A stretch of 61,448 nt of DNA, filler included, from Dirinaria sp. TL-2023a (lineage: Eukaryota): NCBI GenBank assembly GCA_051941275.1. It is 18 parts of 18 records of this genome, joined end to end, with 100 filler letters (N's around TTAATTAATTAA, not from the genome) between each part and the next. Parts side by side here need not be neighbours in the genome. Positions count along the whole stretch, not along the records: positions 20,752 to 24,083 come from JAVEBF010002067.1; positions 24,184 to 27,505 come from JAVEBF010002068.1; positions 27,606 to 30,915 come from JAVEBF010002069.1; positions 31,016 to 34,324 come from JAVEBF010002070.1; positions 34,425 to 37,731 come from JAVEBF010002071.1; 13 more parts are not named here. One strand, written 5' to 3'. The position numbers were made by a program, and so were the translations under genes. Below, piece after piece: positions 23,311-37,300 of this stretch. Under the pieces are notes generated by a model that saw only the letters and a list, made by a program, of their open reading frames with translations, had not been told where the DNA came from and made no database searches. Numbering within the stretch: the first letter of the stretch is position 1; each line of letters begins with the position of its first letter.

Positions 23311-25545
23311 GTTGAAAGAAATGGCCTTGGGAATCTGAGTAACAAGGTGATTTTATACTCATCGAGGATGCCAAGTTTCTGTATCTAGATAGGTATCCTG
23401 TGCAAATATGCAAAGCAAGAGCCTCAGGCCGCTTGGCTTTCGAAAGTCAGAAAGTAAGTCCCAGGCAGAATTCGAGTGGCTCAGGCAGGGATGAAAAGAA
23501 TGCAGTAGCGCGCCAGCAACTAAAGCGATTATGCATAGCAATAGGGAAAAAAAAGTAGTAGTGATGGTCAGATTAGAAATTACCAGGTAGAGTGAGCACC
23601 AATGTATGCAATCCCGAACGGAGCCTGGATCACCATCACCAGAGCGTTGAAAGCTTTACCGAAGCAACTGCTCATTAGCATTTGCATCTCTTGTCAGGGA
23701 TGTATTGTGCATAAGACAGTGGGGTGCCTAAGAAATTCATGATGACAATTTTGTAGCATCTATGCATGCTGAGGCTATGCAATATCACGCCTACCATCCC
23801 ACGCACGACAATGGAGAATGTGGACGGAGCCTGAAGCATTCTCGATCGAAGCAAATGAAGTCAGTACATGAAAGCATCAAGTAGCGGAAACAGCCCATGA
23901 TACTGAGTCAGGGAGCCCATGTGACACCTACTTTGTTGGTTTCAGTGATAAACTTGCCCGTTCTAGTCTCAACCTTGCCCGCCATGCTCTACGCACTCTA
24001 TTACAGCTGCAGGAGAATCGCAAGGAGAGGAGGGGCGGAAAGTTGCCAGATGATGCACGCTCGAGAGTCTATGACTGAAACTTNNNNNNNNNNNNNNNNN
24101 NNNNNNNNNNNNNNNNNNNNNNNNNNNTTAATTAATTAANNNNNNNNNNNNNNNNNNNNNNNNNNNNNNNNNNNNNNNNNNNNTCTCTATTGACTTCGTG
24201 TCAACGCAAGCGTCAATCACGCGGAACAATCGACTTTGACGACGCGAATTTCGAGTTCAGACGCGTGTGAAAGACTCGACCACAGTTGTCATCACGAGGA
24301 CACACTGCTCCCACTATGCCCTCATCGTCAGGAGATCTCTTGGCTCTGCTTACTAGAAGCAGGTTCGTAGCCGGCACCACGTACAGATGGATCTCGTCGC
24401 CAGCCGATCACTCTACCTATCTTCTTACTGTCTGTTAATACGAGTAATGCTCGTACCTATGAGCCCTATCTACCTTATGTATACCTTACCTATAAAGTTA
24501 TCTACTTGAGACCCTCGACATACCCTAAAATAAAGTAAGGGCAAAGTGAAACCTCGGACCCTACTACAACCCTTCAATAATGTTTTGGTGCCTCGTACGT
24601 AATGAAGCTCTACAGTCGATCCTGGGCATCTCAGGCGTGGGCGCGTGGCCCAGGTGGCGTCGAACATCGACACCCATGCCTCAGATCGTTCAAACGGTGA
24701 GAAATAAACAGCTTCTTGACCGAACCCCCGCAATCCTTCATCACGTCTTTCTTAGACCAACATCATGCGCTTCAATCCCCCCAACTTGCCGTACACTCCC
24801 TTCATCCTCTACACTCGACAGTCTCCCGTTGAGCTTCCTGTAGATAAGAGACCGACTAACGCGATCTAATACATCTGACAACGTGCCGCACCGAGAGGCC
24901 TACCCGCTAGCCGCGCTTTCGCTCACATTCGAAGACGTCTTTACCGAGCCCAGCATGTGCTTCCTTCGCATCGACACCAAGCATCAGCCCCTAAAACCTC
25001 CTGGTGCAGGTCCAACGCTGACGACGATCTACGATCGCCCGTTTCTAGAAACCTCCGTGGATATTGCAGACACTGCAAATCCCACCACGAACGCAATCGT
25101 GACTAGTTTGAATGTTAACGAGAAGTTGCAGGAAGCAAATGACAGGGAAATGCAGCCGATCAGGAAAGTCAGCGTGGAAGCAGTTGTCGAGAAGAACCAA
25201 AAAACGAGGGAGGGTATGCCTGGAAATAGGGAACGAGCTAGGAGGAGCAGAGGTGGCGAGAAAACCCAAAGTGTAAGTAAAGCAGGCAATGCAGTGGAGG
25301 CACATCGACACAGGGGCTTGGGAATATCAGAAAATCTCCAGGCAGGGGGAAAAACTTGAATGTGTCCAGTTCAAATATTGCGACCCGTTATGACCACACT
25401 TCTATTGCTCACCACCGTGAATCCTCCATTCACTTCGTTCCTCGTCCTATTCAGCGCTACAGACCCCGATTTGCTAGTCATCTTGACTGGAATTTACATC
25501 GGCTACAATAAGTCCTGTTGCATCTTTGCTCGCAGACGAATCGTC

Positions 25546-26600
25546 ATGTACAAAGCGCTGCTACTTGCGACCACAGCAGAAGTGAAGAGGTGCATCAGCC
25601 CAACGGTTCCTCTGAGCATTCTCGCTCGCTAGGGTCTGTTCGATGTTCGAAACAGGCAGAGCAACTTTGATACAACCACTTTCAGCTAAATATTGACAAA
25701 TATCAGCGGCGACTTTACACACACCGCACTGAATGGCTACCAAACCAGGACTGCGAACTTCCGTATCAGCGCTGAATTCTGCCAACCAGACCAAGCGAAC
25801 AAGGAGCCCTTAAGTCAGCTGTTTACTCATGGCATTAGCTTTGACAAGAGGCGTGTCCGTCGAGTACTCCGGCCTTATTTAGAGAATCGAAATCAATATT
25901 CTTTACAATTATTGGAATTTGCCGTACGGAGACTGCAACTACAGTTACGTCAACATGGCTGTTGATTCCCATGTATATTCCACTCTCGCGATTTACCGCT
26001 TCGGCATTGGCAATTCCTCGACCCCGACTAATTGAGCGTATTCCAAGCGTTACCAGCAATGTCGGCCATGTACGAGATCCTCGAGAAACTGCGTGCTGAC
26101 ACCTTGCCCGGCGTTCTCCGACCCTTTCAGCAATTTATTTATGTTAGTCACTCTTCCGGATCCGTTCTAACTTACGAGCTTGTGTCGAAGCATCTGAACG
26201 GCAGCGATGATACCATCCTGACTGGCTACTCTTTGAAATGGCTTTGAGTGGCTCTGCCGCAACTGCGGCTCTGGACTCTCGCTGACGCGCCTCAACGATC
26301 CAACGCGTTTCAGCATGCTGCCCTCGGGCTATCTGAGTGGGCAGACATGGGGTGCAAACAGAGCGACTTCTTTTGGCACGCTCGCATGCTAGCCGCCGGG
26401 GGCCCCGGGCATTCAAAACGGCCGGTCATTATTATGACAGCGGTTACCGTTCCCGGCTATCTATGTACCTTGCCCTTCGAAGGCTGTTCATGTTTCCTAG
26501 ACGGTGGCTCATGGTTGTACGGCTTCGGCCGCCACACGACATTTTTACTTCCGGCACAACATTGGGCCTTCTCTAAACATGCATTTCCATGCGATGGCTG
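25546..26600 (+). pseudogene. Secreted alpha/beta-hydrolase pseudogene
   Basis: ISAEFCQP, QLFTHGISFDK, NYSYVNMAV...STLAIYRFGIGNSS and YVSHSSGS (degenerate GHSxG)...ILTGYS, spread over different frames. Confidence 0.7.
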
Positions 26601-27342
26601 AGGATCGCGCCGCCCTCGACTTCCTAGAGAAGCATGACTTGAGCGCACGCGTAGAAGGGGCGCAGGGAATTTGAAGTAGGAGACCGTCTCGAGAGACTTT
26701 ATACTCTCAGGTCTACTTGTAGAAGCTAGAAGTCCTTCGGCGGAATGTATATTAGGCTACTTAAGTCACGAAGAAGATACCCTCGTACGGTCATGACCAA
26801 CGACGGTGTGATTGCCTGTACAATGACAAATTACCTGCCAACAATCAATCCAATGTTCGGGCATTCAGTATGCAATTGGGGGGGCCATTCTTACTCCGCG
26901 CTGTGACTAACACCCTTCAATATCGAGATTGTCGGTAATGACGGGATGAAAGCACGGTACATACCTCTAAGGTAAGGTAGGTACTCGTACAGTACAATAG
27001 TACCTTACGCTCGATAATGTACGCTGCAGGTCAGCCAGGGGGAGCTAATGCAGCCTTCCCGCATGCATTCAATTCGAGCATGAGGGTACGAGTAGCTTAA
27101 TTCATAAGGTAGAGACCGTTCCTGAACTAATCCTCATACTGACATCATCTTTCAAGGGGTAGGATGTCCAGCTCTTCCAGCGCCATGGCGCTGGGGTTGC
27201 GATTACTGCATCTTCCTCACGTTTCCGATCGTGTACGTTCTTTCACATCCAATCGTCGACTCAAATAATAGCGTCCGGACGAGATATCACGGGTAACCTG
27301 CCTGAAAGTGACGTCCAACAAGGGAGGTCTATTTCTCGCATC

Positions 27343-27505
27343 ATGCCGGGTAAACCGAGAGTCCTCTACTGGTTCCGAACCGACCTCCGTCTACACGACT
27401 CACCTGCGCTCAAAGCTGCATTGGACCTGCAGCCCGAATGTCTGTATCCGATCTGGTGTTGGGACCCGCATTACGTGTACCGCGCGAGAGTGGGCCCCAA
27501 CAGAT
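27343..27505 (+). CDS. Cryptochrome/photolyase family protein, probably (6-4) photolyase-like; 5' end only
   Basis: MPGKPRVLYWFRTDLRLHDSPAL...WCWDPHYVYRARVGPNR: the WFRxDLRLHD signature and the VGxNR motif. Confidence 0.88.
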
Positions 27506-27605
27506 NNNNNNNNNNNNNNNNNNNNNNNNNNNNNNNNNNNNNNNNNNNNTTAATTAATTAANNNNNNNNNNNNNNNNNNNNNNNNNNNNNNNNNNNNNNN
27601 NNNNN

Positions 27606-27744
27606 GGAGAGGGGCGCGCGCGGGGACGGGTTTCGAGGCTGCTGCTGGTGGTGGTGGTGATGGGTGCGGGGGATTGGGCGTTGTGGTGGTTTCGTAGGAT
27701 GGAGGGGCTTCGGTGGATGCGAGTTCGTATTTCGAGTCGGACAT
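27606..27744 (-). CDS. N-terminus of a hypothetical protein with a PPSY motif (possibly Maf-like), truncated
   Basis: MSDSKYELASTEAPPSYETTTT...PVPARAPL runs off the contig. The family cannot be established. Confidence 0.35.
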
Positions 27745-28858
27745 TATTGTATTATTGGATGGAGAAAGAGCTTTCTCGTGCTTGAGGATCGGGATGGCAA
27801 TGCTGCACCTTATTAGTAAGGTCGAGGGGGTACGTATTTCGATCTGGAAGTACTGTAATGCTTTCGGTTTCAACGGGTATAATTGCCGAGTCGTAGCGTT
27901 TTCAGAACTCTTGGGGATGCTTGGCGTTTGGGTGGGATTTTTATTTCTTCCCTCAACCACCGCTTGGTGCCTTCATTCCTACCTTATTCTCATAATCTTA
28001 CGGCAGAGTATGCGCAAGATTTGAAAAGTATTTTGGGTATGAATGTTCTCATCCGCAGTTTTGGCTGAGAAATTAATTGCCGACATGAAACTGAAATCAT
28101 GATGAGCTCCCCTGCTCTGATGCAATTGAAATCATGAAAGCATCTTTCAAAACTCCGAGGCTTCTTCGATGATTTCAAAATATCTGACTACATAATTCGC
28201 TCTCATTCGACGATGAAAGAAGAAAAGCGCCAAGGATTCTGGAGAGTCTTGAAACTGTCAACAGAGCGGGATCTAGGGCCGCTATCTTAACGCTCCCAGG
28301 GGTGCCTACCATCTCTACCTTACCTTTACCCTACTGCCTTAGTAAGGTAGGGAGTCATGCCTGGATCTGCATCGTTCACATGTCGTCACTGATGTTAAGG
28401 AAAGGTTCCTATCAATGGCATCCAACCAGCAACCACGACTTTGCTGATAAGTGTGGTGAAATGGTCCGCGTTGATAATGTAAAGTAGATGATTTTCAACC
28501 GAGGTAGCCGCGACTTGGAGATTACTAGTCTCTGCGGTCGAGCTGCTATATGCGGCGCTTCTCCCGCTCTCCCCCGGAAGACTGCTGGCGAATGGCGGAC
28601 TGCTAGCTCTCCGAAAAATCTGAAACTATGACGTTGAGTGGCATCACGATGGAAATGTTTATATGTTATCTCATTATTAATTCACGCTGTTATGCAGCCA
28701 AAACGACAGCAGCTGATCAATGGCACCATAAGGCATTCTTCGGCTTTAAATTCAACCATATCCCTCTCATCTCCCATTTCGCATTTGTCGTTTGATCCTC
28801 TTGAGCAGGGTATATTTGGGAATATTAAATTCTTTCTTGCAATTCAATTCATTGCAAA

Positions 28859-30083
28859 ATGGTGCAGAACAAAGGTCTCATCTTCAAGTCGATCCCTTCG
28901 GGTTGGCCAAAGCCTGGGGAGAACCTTGCCATCGAGGCACGCGACTTCGACCTGGACGCCGCTCCCCCCAAAGGCGGCATTACGACCAAGAACTACCATG
29001 TCTCCTTTGACCCTTACCAGCGTGGGCGCATGCGAGCTCCTGACGTGGTATCATACGCGCCCCCGTTCGAGCTGGGCAAGGCTATCACGAACAGCGCTGT
29101 GGCCAAGGTACTGAAGTCCGACAACTCCAAGTTCAAGGATGGGGACCTTATCACAGGAATGCTGCCGACCGAGGAATACTCGGCCATATCTGAAGACGTG
29201 GCCGACGAATTTTGTCGAAAGCTGGAAAACCCGTGGAACCTGGACCCTAGACTATTCATTGGAGTTCTGGGTATGCCCGGCCTGACGGCATATTCCTCCT
29301 TCTATAAAATTGGACAACCAAAGAAGGGTGAAACCATATTCGTGTCCGCGGCCAGTGGAGCTGTGGGCCAGATCGTCGGTCAACTGGCGAAGCATGAAGG
29401 TCTCACTGTCATCGGGAGCGTCGGCAGCGACGAAAAGCTGGACTTCATCAAAAAGGAGCTCATGTTTGACGAAGGCTTCAACTACAAGAAGGAAAAATCT
29501 AGCGACGCCCTTGCAAGGCTAGCACCGAACGGCATTGATATATACTACGAGAATGTGGGCGGAGAGACGCTCGATGATGCTCTGGCTGCGATGAACAATT
29601 TTGGTCGAATTGGTATGGCTTCGATGACCTCTTCACTCTGCTGCCCCTAATCGACCGGTAGTTGCCTGCGGTATGATATCATATTACAATGCTGCTTCGA
29701 CGGATGAAATGTATGGAGTTAAAAATTTGCGTTTTATCGTCTCAAAGCGTCTTAAGATGCAGGGCTTCATCGTAGGCGACCCAGATACAGGACCTGTATA
29801 TGCGGCAGAGCACCAGAAGAATGTCCAAAAGTGGAGTATGTCTTCGTGATCCCCTTCATTCTAGATCGGATCGACTGCGCTCTGGGGAGCTGGCTTTGAG
29901 AACGACATTTTCCAAGTAGCGTTTGACCAAAAGACTGCTGACATTGTACCAGTACATGACGGCACCTTCATAGCCAAGCAGAGCATCACAAAGGGGATCG
30001 ACAATGCCATCGATGGTCTTCTCGGGATGCTGAAAGGGGAAAATTTCGGCAAGGCCATCTTGACTATTGCCGAGCTAGACTAA
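28859..30083 (+). CDS. NADP-dependent alkenal/prostaglandin reductase-like oxidoreductase (MDR superfamily)
   Basis: SFDPYQRGRMR, LGMPGLTAY, VSAASGAVGQIVGQLAK and DIYYENVGG. Two introns; ends GENFGKAILTIAELD*. Confidence 0.93.
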
Positions 30084-30270
30084 TAGGTAGGTTTTTCTCT
30101 TCGCATTCGCATGAAGGTTTCCGCGTCTGACGTTTGTAGTGAGACACCTACACGCTTTCCAAAGCACTGACGCCGCAGGTTCTGAGACTCGTGAGTATAT
30201 CTAGGATGAATTAGACTTCCATTAGGCACGTAGCTACCACATAGAGCTTGGCCAACTTAGAAGGGGCACT

Positions 30271-30915
30271 TCATAGATAACTGGTGCTCAAGAGCTCCAT
30301 TGCACGCTTCAGACCTTGTTGGGAAATGCTGTGTTTGTGCCGGCGATTGTGAACCTCCTGATCTGTACTTAGATGTTCTTTCTCGAGGTTTTCAAAGACG
30401 TTGTTGATTTCTGCTTGATGCGGTTGAGCTGTGATATCAACATCTATGTCCCCTGCTTTGACATTGTTGCGCCCCACAACGCAAATAAGATTATAATTCT
30501 TCGCTCTAGCGTTCACCACTTTCTTAGCTACAGTTTCGCTTCGGGTGTCGAGGTCAATCGGATAGCTCAAAGCGAACGCTGGGTAAGCCTTTCCTGGACT
30601 ACCCGCCCCAAGGAAATCAATCATGGGCATGGAGAGCATCCGCCTGATGTTTTCTGCGTATTCGACGACCTCCGGTTCATCGCCAACCGTAAGGATAATC
30701 ATCGGACGGGGACTCAGCCAAAACGGCCAGCGTCCACGATACTTCTCGATAAGTAACGCCATGAAGCGCTCAAGAGAGCCAAGAACTGCCCTGTGAATAA
30801 GGACAGGTGTGCCTTTTTCTTCTGTCGTTATATCATACTGTAACTCCAGCCTCTGCGGGAGCTGGAAGTCCAGCTGTATCGTTGCGGTTTGATGCTCCTT
30901 TCCATTACTATCCTG
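30271..30915 (-). CDS. MST1: Threonyl-tRNA synthetase, probably mitochondrial, C-terminal part
   Basis: HQTATIQLDFQLPQR, PVLIHRAVLGSLERF and GRWPFWLSPR, followed by a divergent anticodon-binding domain. Confidence 0.85.
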   Translation of the reverse strand, partial: QDSNGKEHQTATIQLDFQLPQRLELQYDITTEEKGTPVLIHRAVLGSLERFMALLIEKYRGRWPFWLSPRPMIILTVGDEPEVVEYAENIRRMLSMPMIDFLGAGSPGKAYPAFALSYPIDLDTRSETVAKKVVNARAKNYNLICVVGRNNVKAGDIDVDITAQPHQAEINNVFENLEKEHLSTDQEVHNRRHKHSISQQGLKRAMELLSTSYL

Positions 30916-31186
30916 NNNNNNNNNNNNNNNNNNNNNNNNNNNNNNNNNNNNNNNNNNNNTTAATTAATTAANNNNNNNNNNNNNNNNNNNNNNNNNNNNN
31001 NNNNNNNNNNNNNNNGGGTGGGGAATGCATGCTATTTTTGGATTGGATTGAAGCTACGCTATTTGAAGGGCTTTTCTAAGCTGGACTTCTCTGGACGTTC
31101 GAACGGCTTTTTTTTTTTTTCTCCATCTGATACATACATACAGCTCGTACTGGATCCTTGATACAGTCAGGTGAGTCGAGGAGGCA

Positions 31187-32884
31187 TCAGGTGCCTGGCT
31201 CAACTACTTCGCGGATGGAATTGAGACCGTTGCTGGACGTCTCGGCCACGCGGGACACCTCGCCGGTCAAGAGCTTCGTGGCAGAGGATTGACCGCCGTT
31301 GACAGAACCCTTTCCATTACTGACGGGTTTGGTGTTCCCTCCTACCATTTGCGCCACTGGTGCTGACGACGACGACGGTCCCACCTTATCCACAGTCTCG
31401 GCCTCAGCCTCAGCATCATCATCGTCATCCTCGACGAGAGTTATGATAAACTCCCATTCCTTCTTTGTCACCTTGGAAACGCTTAACCGGCTCTGGCGGA
31501 GCGTTTGCATGTGCTGCAGCGCGCCCCCCTCCTTGGCGTATTTCTGGAGTTCTTTGAGTTTGAGCAGGGTTGGGAATTTGCGTCGGAAGGTCACGTGCAC
31601 TTTGCACCACTTTGGGCTCTCGGCGGTGGATTTGGGGTCGTAGTACGGGTGAGAAGGGTCGAGGGCGGTTTCTACGCCCGTCTGTCATCAGTATGGCAAG
31701 CTAGAAAAGGTGGTTGGGAGATGATATTAAGAAGAGGAAGGGGAAAAAAGGTTAGAAAAAAAAATTCATAGAATCCAACGGGATGATGGCTGAGTGAGAA
31801 GAGATCTCTTACCGTCTGGGCTATGTTCATGTACAATCTCCATTATACCCGCGATACCGGGCACCTTGCAGTTCGAATGGTAGAAGAAAGCAAGGTCTCC
31901 TTTCATCATCATCCGCATATTGTTCCTCGCTTTATTTATCTCAAGTCAGCAAAAGCCCCTTAATTTTTTTTGCAAAGGCATGTGGTCAGGCATACCTGTA
32001 GGGTTTCGAACTCCATCCCAACCCTCCGGCTCGGCAGTAGCCTTCAGGTCATCGATCGAGAATTTCACATCTTTGCCTTTCTCGATGCGTGACTCTGGCT
32101 CTGCTTTCATAAGCCAGTAGCTAGGCCCATCATCCTCCGCTTCATCATCAGCTTTCTCATCTTCAGAGTCACCAGTCCCATTGGCCGGAACAGCGACCGG
32201 GACGCTGACACTGCGAGAGACAGCGTTGGAAAGCTCGATGTCCGCTTCGCCATTCAATTGAGCACCGTTGGCTTTACCTTTCGCAGCTTTGCGTCCCTTT
32301 GCGGATTTGGTGACTTTGGTGGCGGCGAGCGTGTCCGAAACGGGCGCTGCGGAAGCTTGAGCTTTTGCAGTCGCTTTCGCTTTGCCTTTGCCCTTGGCTT
32401 CTTTCACGGCGACGACACTACTGGTGGGTTTCCCGTTGGCGGTTTGACGGGTCTCACGTGCACCGGAAGGGGAAGCGGAGGCCTTTGCAGCTGCATCGCT
32501 TAAGCGCCTGGAAGAGCGTGTTGGCGTGGCCTCAACCTTACCCTTGGACTTGGGCTCTTTCGCCGAAGTCGGTGCCAGTAGTGGCTCTGTCGGGCCCTGG
32601 ACAGCTACTTCAGACGTGTTCTTCTTTGGTCGTCCGCGTTTTCGTGAAGCATTTGCCTCGACGGGCTCTGGAACAATCTCTTGCTCCTGCTCCTGCTCCT
32701 GAGCCTCCTTGGGAGGACGTCCGCGCTTTTTAGGTGGAGGCGCGTCAGCTGCAGGATCTTGAGCATTTTCTTGATCCTTGGCCGCTTTTGGTGGACGTCC
32801 CCGTTTAGCAGGCGGTGCAGCCTCTGCTGTAGCAGAGAGGCTAGGCTCTGGGGCTACTGCTTTACGCTTCCTCTGATTCGCCAT
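31187..32884 (-). CDS. AT-hook plus EVE domain protein (THYN1-like)
   Basis: Three KRGRP AT-hooks. EVE motifs [28 protein letters not shown] and KWCKVHV across two introns. Confidence 0.92.
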
Positions 32885-33704
32885 GATTGCAAAGATGAAG
32901 ATGGAAAGCGAAGGTGTTGAGTTGACTCGTGACCATGATTTGGGAAAAGAACAAAAAAAAAGGTGAAGTGAAGTTATTTGTAGTTTGAGGCGAGCTTTAT
33001 CGATAATCGCTTAGCGGCTAAATTACGGCTGCCCCTTGGAAGAGGTGGACACTTGCAGGGGATGAAGAAAGAGTTGTATGGTTAGTGTAGAATTGCTAAT
33101 CTATCTCCTGGCTTCATGCAACACCTTAGATCGATCTTGCGAATATTTTTTCGAGAAAAAGGCCTACTCTCTAGGTACAGGATCATGTCAACGAAAACTC
33201 AACCGTGCACGAGCTGATTCTCCTCGAACGTGCCTCCTGTCTGATCCGAGCAAAGAGTGATCTTGTACAGGTTTATGAACTCATGACTCTTATCACAGCC
33301 CTGAATCCTTCTACATCCTAACTCACGAGGTCAAATTCGATTGGCGCAGACCAGGGTATTTGAGATCTCGCTCATATAATAGTCATCCACACTTTTAACC
33401 ATTGATATAAACAGTTTGGTAGTAGTGTTGTAATAGACTCTGGCCTTCCATCATACCGCATCAAAGTCGTGCTCTCATTCCATTCGTGTGCACAAGGCTG
33501 AAGTCATGACAGCGCTGAAGAACGAGAATACCGCTAAGAATACGCTGCAAAGCAAAACCCCAACACCATGCTAGTTGCGCGCCTTCAGGCATCGCAGAAA
33601 TCAACTTTTGGTATGCCGCCATCCGATGAATGTGCAACGCCTCGATGCCTGCGGTTGTGGGAATCGTCATATGCCTCCAACGCCAACAATGCCGTTATCT
33701 GTGA

Positions 33705-34324
33705 TCACTGTACTCCCAGGACGTGCGCTTCGGCCTCCCCACCTCTGCCATCCATTTGCTCTTCGAAAGTCGCAGTGACGATCTCAGGTTGATAAGTGGA
33801 AAAATGATGCCAGCAGCTGCTCGCTTGTTAGCCCGAATCCTTCGACGCCGGTCATTGAGAGGGGAACATACTTTGGCGCCTGCAACACATACCGCCCCAT
33901 AGCCTCCCGGAATCGATTCTTGTAATCCCTTGGACTGGTCACTGTGGGCTTGTTCTTCCCACGGTCCTTGATCCAGGTCTCAAGCCTCTTATCCCATGTG
34001 TAAGTGCGAATACAATCAATTATCCCAACAACGAGCTCATGGCGATCTTCATCGATAGCCACCATGAGCGAATAGTCCATCACGTTCTGTTTCGCCAAGA
34101 AAAGGGTGTCGTTCCATACACTGGCTCTCAGAAGCTTTTTGCTGTGCTCTCGTGCAAACAAGGGGGACTCATAGATGAACTCGACCATATTTTCGTCGAG
34201 CAAGACTTCGTTCTTTTCACCCGTTGACTGGATGCGACGATTGCGCATTGATCCTTTCAGATCAAAGATGCGTGTAGGGGAACGGTCATAGAAGAGATTC
34301 TCCATTACTAATAGGAACCAATTG
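33705..34324 (-). CDS. FAB1: 1-phosphatidylinositol-3-phosphate 5-kinase, C-terminal kinase domain
   Basis: MENLFY, FDLKGS, NDTLFL...[22 protein letters not shown] and [15 protein letters not shown]. Intron before CWHHF; TGA at 33705. Confidence 0.95.
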
Positions 34325-37300
34325 NNNNNNNNNNNNNNNNNNNNNNNNNNNNNNNNNNNNNNNNNNNNTTAATTAATTAANNNNNNNNNNNNNNNNNNNN
34401 NNNNNNNNNNNNNNNNNNNNNNNNGTTATTTAAGAACGACGTTCTCCTTGAAGTTTGATTTACGAGTGTTCCCAAATCTCAAACTTTTATTTGAACCTTT
34501 TTTCGAGAGATAGAAAAGAAAGATAGAGTCCGAGTTAGATTGATCTCAATGATTTCGATGTTGTCAGTATGCTTTGATTGATATTATCAGCTCGTTCTTG
34601 TTTTTCAACTCCAAGCAACGATTCTTCGAATAAACTGTAGCAGCTTCGAATTTCTTCAGAATTTCTCTTGAGCATCAGACGAGCTCTGATCCTTTTCATA
34701 CTCTTTCCTAACTGCTTCTTCAAAATTGAGTTCTCGATAAAAAAAATCGATGATTTCACTTAAGAATAGCTTCGTTTGCTGTGCAAAAAGAGATCTCTTT
34801 CGAATTCGATTCAAGAGTATTCTCATATTTCATTTGATCTTTCTGTCGAGAAATCGAAAACAAAGATGAAGTTCGAGTTAGATCTGTCTCACTTTTCGAT
34901 GTTTTTAGTATAATTCTGTTGATAATTCTAGCGTTTTTGTTTTCCATTTTCAAGCGACGACTTTTCGAAGAGGAGCAATTTCAGCTTCATTGTCTTCAAG
35001 GAAGACGTTTCAGATGGGATTTGCGATCGATGAGATAAGACTGATTTGATCCTTGATAGAATTCTCCAATGTCAGTTTTAGGTTTTTTCTTAGGCCTCTT
35101 CGATTCCTTTGTCGAGGAATCAAAATTAGAGCGCCTGCCGTCCCAGCGGCCATTAACAGATCTCAACGAGATCCTTTGATCCAGACATTCAGACCTTGAA
35201 TACAACTCTTTGGTCATTCCTGCTGTGCATCTTGGACTTATGCTGAGAAAAGACAGTTAGTGTACCGAGACTTATCGAAGACGAAATGTGTTTCGGTCAA
35301 GTCAGAGCTTGGACGCAGGCATAAGACGATGTAAAGACTAACCGAAGAAAGAGACACTTCGTAAGCATATCTCTTGAACCGCATTCTGTGCTGGAATTTA
35401 TCGTTTCACATAATCGACAAACGAAGCGCGTGCTGCGATTTGAGTTTGATTTTCTTGCCAGCTTTGGTCGATCTCATTGATTGACTCGTTCAAAAAGCCC
35501 GGCCAAGCGATAGTCGTATCCACGCCAAAGGGTAAAGACCCCCAAGGCACGGTAAGATAGCTTTGTTTAATGATGGAGATATCCCAATTTCGACAGTGAT
35601 CTCGTAACGACTTTTCCAGGGAACGCGCAGATATTTGAGACCGCTTTTGGTATCACACAAGGTCCATGGCAAGGTTGAGCCAGCCACCTGGGGTATCAGA
35701 TGGTGAGACGGTGCTTCGATCATGATCTTATCATGCTACGCCCAGGTATCCCAATCGAATCCCAGCTTTTGTTAATTTTACAGCACACAGTATATCGCTG
35801 ATGCCTTTGAAGACGTGGCTAATGGAGAAGAGGAATGGTTTGGCGCACTTCCATCGTAGCGGCTGCCGAAGCTTTTGTATGAAGCATAGGGGCGGCACGA
35901 TAAAGAAATCGCTTTCCTGTGGCAGCGTTAACGACATTCAGAAGTCGTCGAACCAAGATACTCACTTCAATAGAAGCGCAGCCGCGTCCTATGAGGCTAT
36001 GGGTTGTTTGACGGCTCGGTCATGGCCCTCTGTGAAGACTCCGCGGTGATGACGGAGCATCAAGTGGCAGATAGAAAGGTCGGTGTCTGTTATTCATGCA
36101 AAGGGTGCAAGACTCAGTTCGTTCAAGTCGGGCAGTCCCAAGGTGGTTATGAGCTTGCTGTCCTCAGCTCCAGTTTCTAGGTTTTTCGTTTCTTTTCATT
36201 GTGTTTCTGATTATTCCCATCTCTTGAAGGTGCTTGCAAAGCTGTTGACGATTGGGTCTCAGAATGGTGTGGTCCGACAGGTGCACTCGAGCCTCAGGCT
36301 ACAGCTTGTATGGGATTCCTCGTACTCCAAGTCTTACTGAGCATCCAAGGCGATCTCATGAGGATCTCCGTTCCCGTTCGTCTCAAATGCCTTCGTATCT
36401 GGGACCTTTGTGCCGTTAGAGGACTTGAATATTGTTAAGGGAGGAGAGATCATACCACTTTCAAGAGCGGTCGATGCTCGAGCTTGAGCATCAAGTGAGC
36501 AGGCAGCTGCATTTGAGCTACAAGCTGCCATATATTCGAAGATTGCTCGTACCGCCATACTGGCTGGCTTCTGAGCGCTAGCTGGTTAGAAAGACTTCTC
36601 TTCTCCTTGTCCTCAAAGAGGCACCTACTCGAGATTCCAATGCTGGTAATGTAAATGGAATATGAAGTGCAGAAGATCATCTTGATCTCAGAAGACTTGA
36701 GGTATTAATTGGGCAGATGACAACAACAATGTGAGATATGTCAAGGATGAGCTATTGATGCAAAAGTGATCCTTCCAGTTGACAATCATCACCAGGATCA
36801 AGGCAGACTAAAGCCTGCACAGTCAAAGACAGTGAAAGCCAAGATTGAAAGCGATTTTGCCACCTAAAGTGATTCAAGGACCGCTTATCACCAACAACCT
36901 TGAAGAGTATGCAAAGTAGCAATAGCAGAAAGTGAGGAAGAATGCAAGAAGAAAGTGAGGGAGAAAGATGGTGTGTGGGAAGTGGGGGGATTCCAAATCA
37001 GCTTGTTGCACGAACTGTGCAATTATTGTGTCAGATTGTGTCGTTGCGGCTGCGCAGTTCTTTATTTCCAGAATTAGACCACATCCATCAGATGACCAAG
37101 CCACCTCTTAACTCAGCTAGAGTTTTCCATGGGCTTGGAAGGCAAGGTCAGGGATCTTAGTGGCCTTGTTCTCAGGCAGCAAGGGCTTCCCCATGTGCCA
37201 CTTTTTCATGTCTTTCCATACTCTGGAGCCCCTGCAAGCAGCCTTCATTCAGATATACAGAGCCCGGCAATGTCACTTTTCTCTTCCGAATCTAGGATAG

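Noticed and set aside
24470..25360. Possible degenerate minus-strand gene or 158-aa plus-strand ORF
   Set aside because: I could not assign strand or family from the sequence alone.
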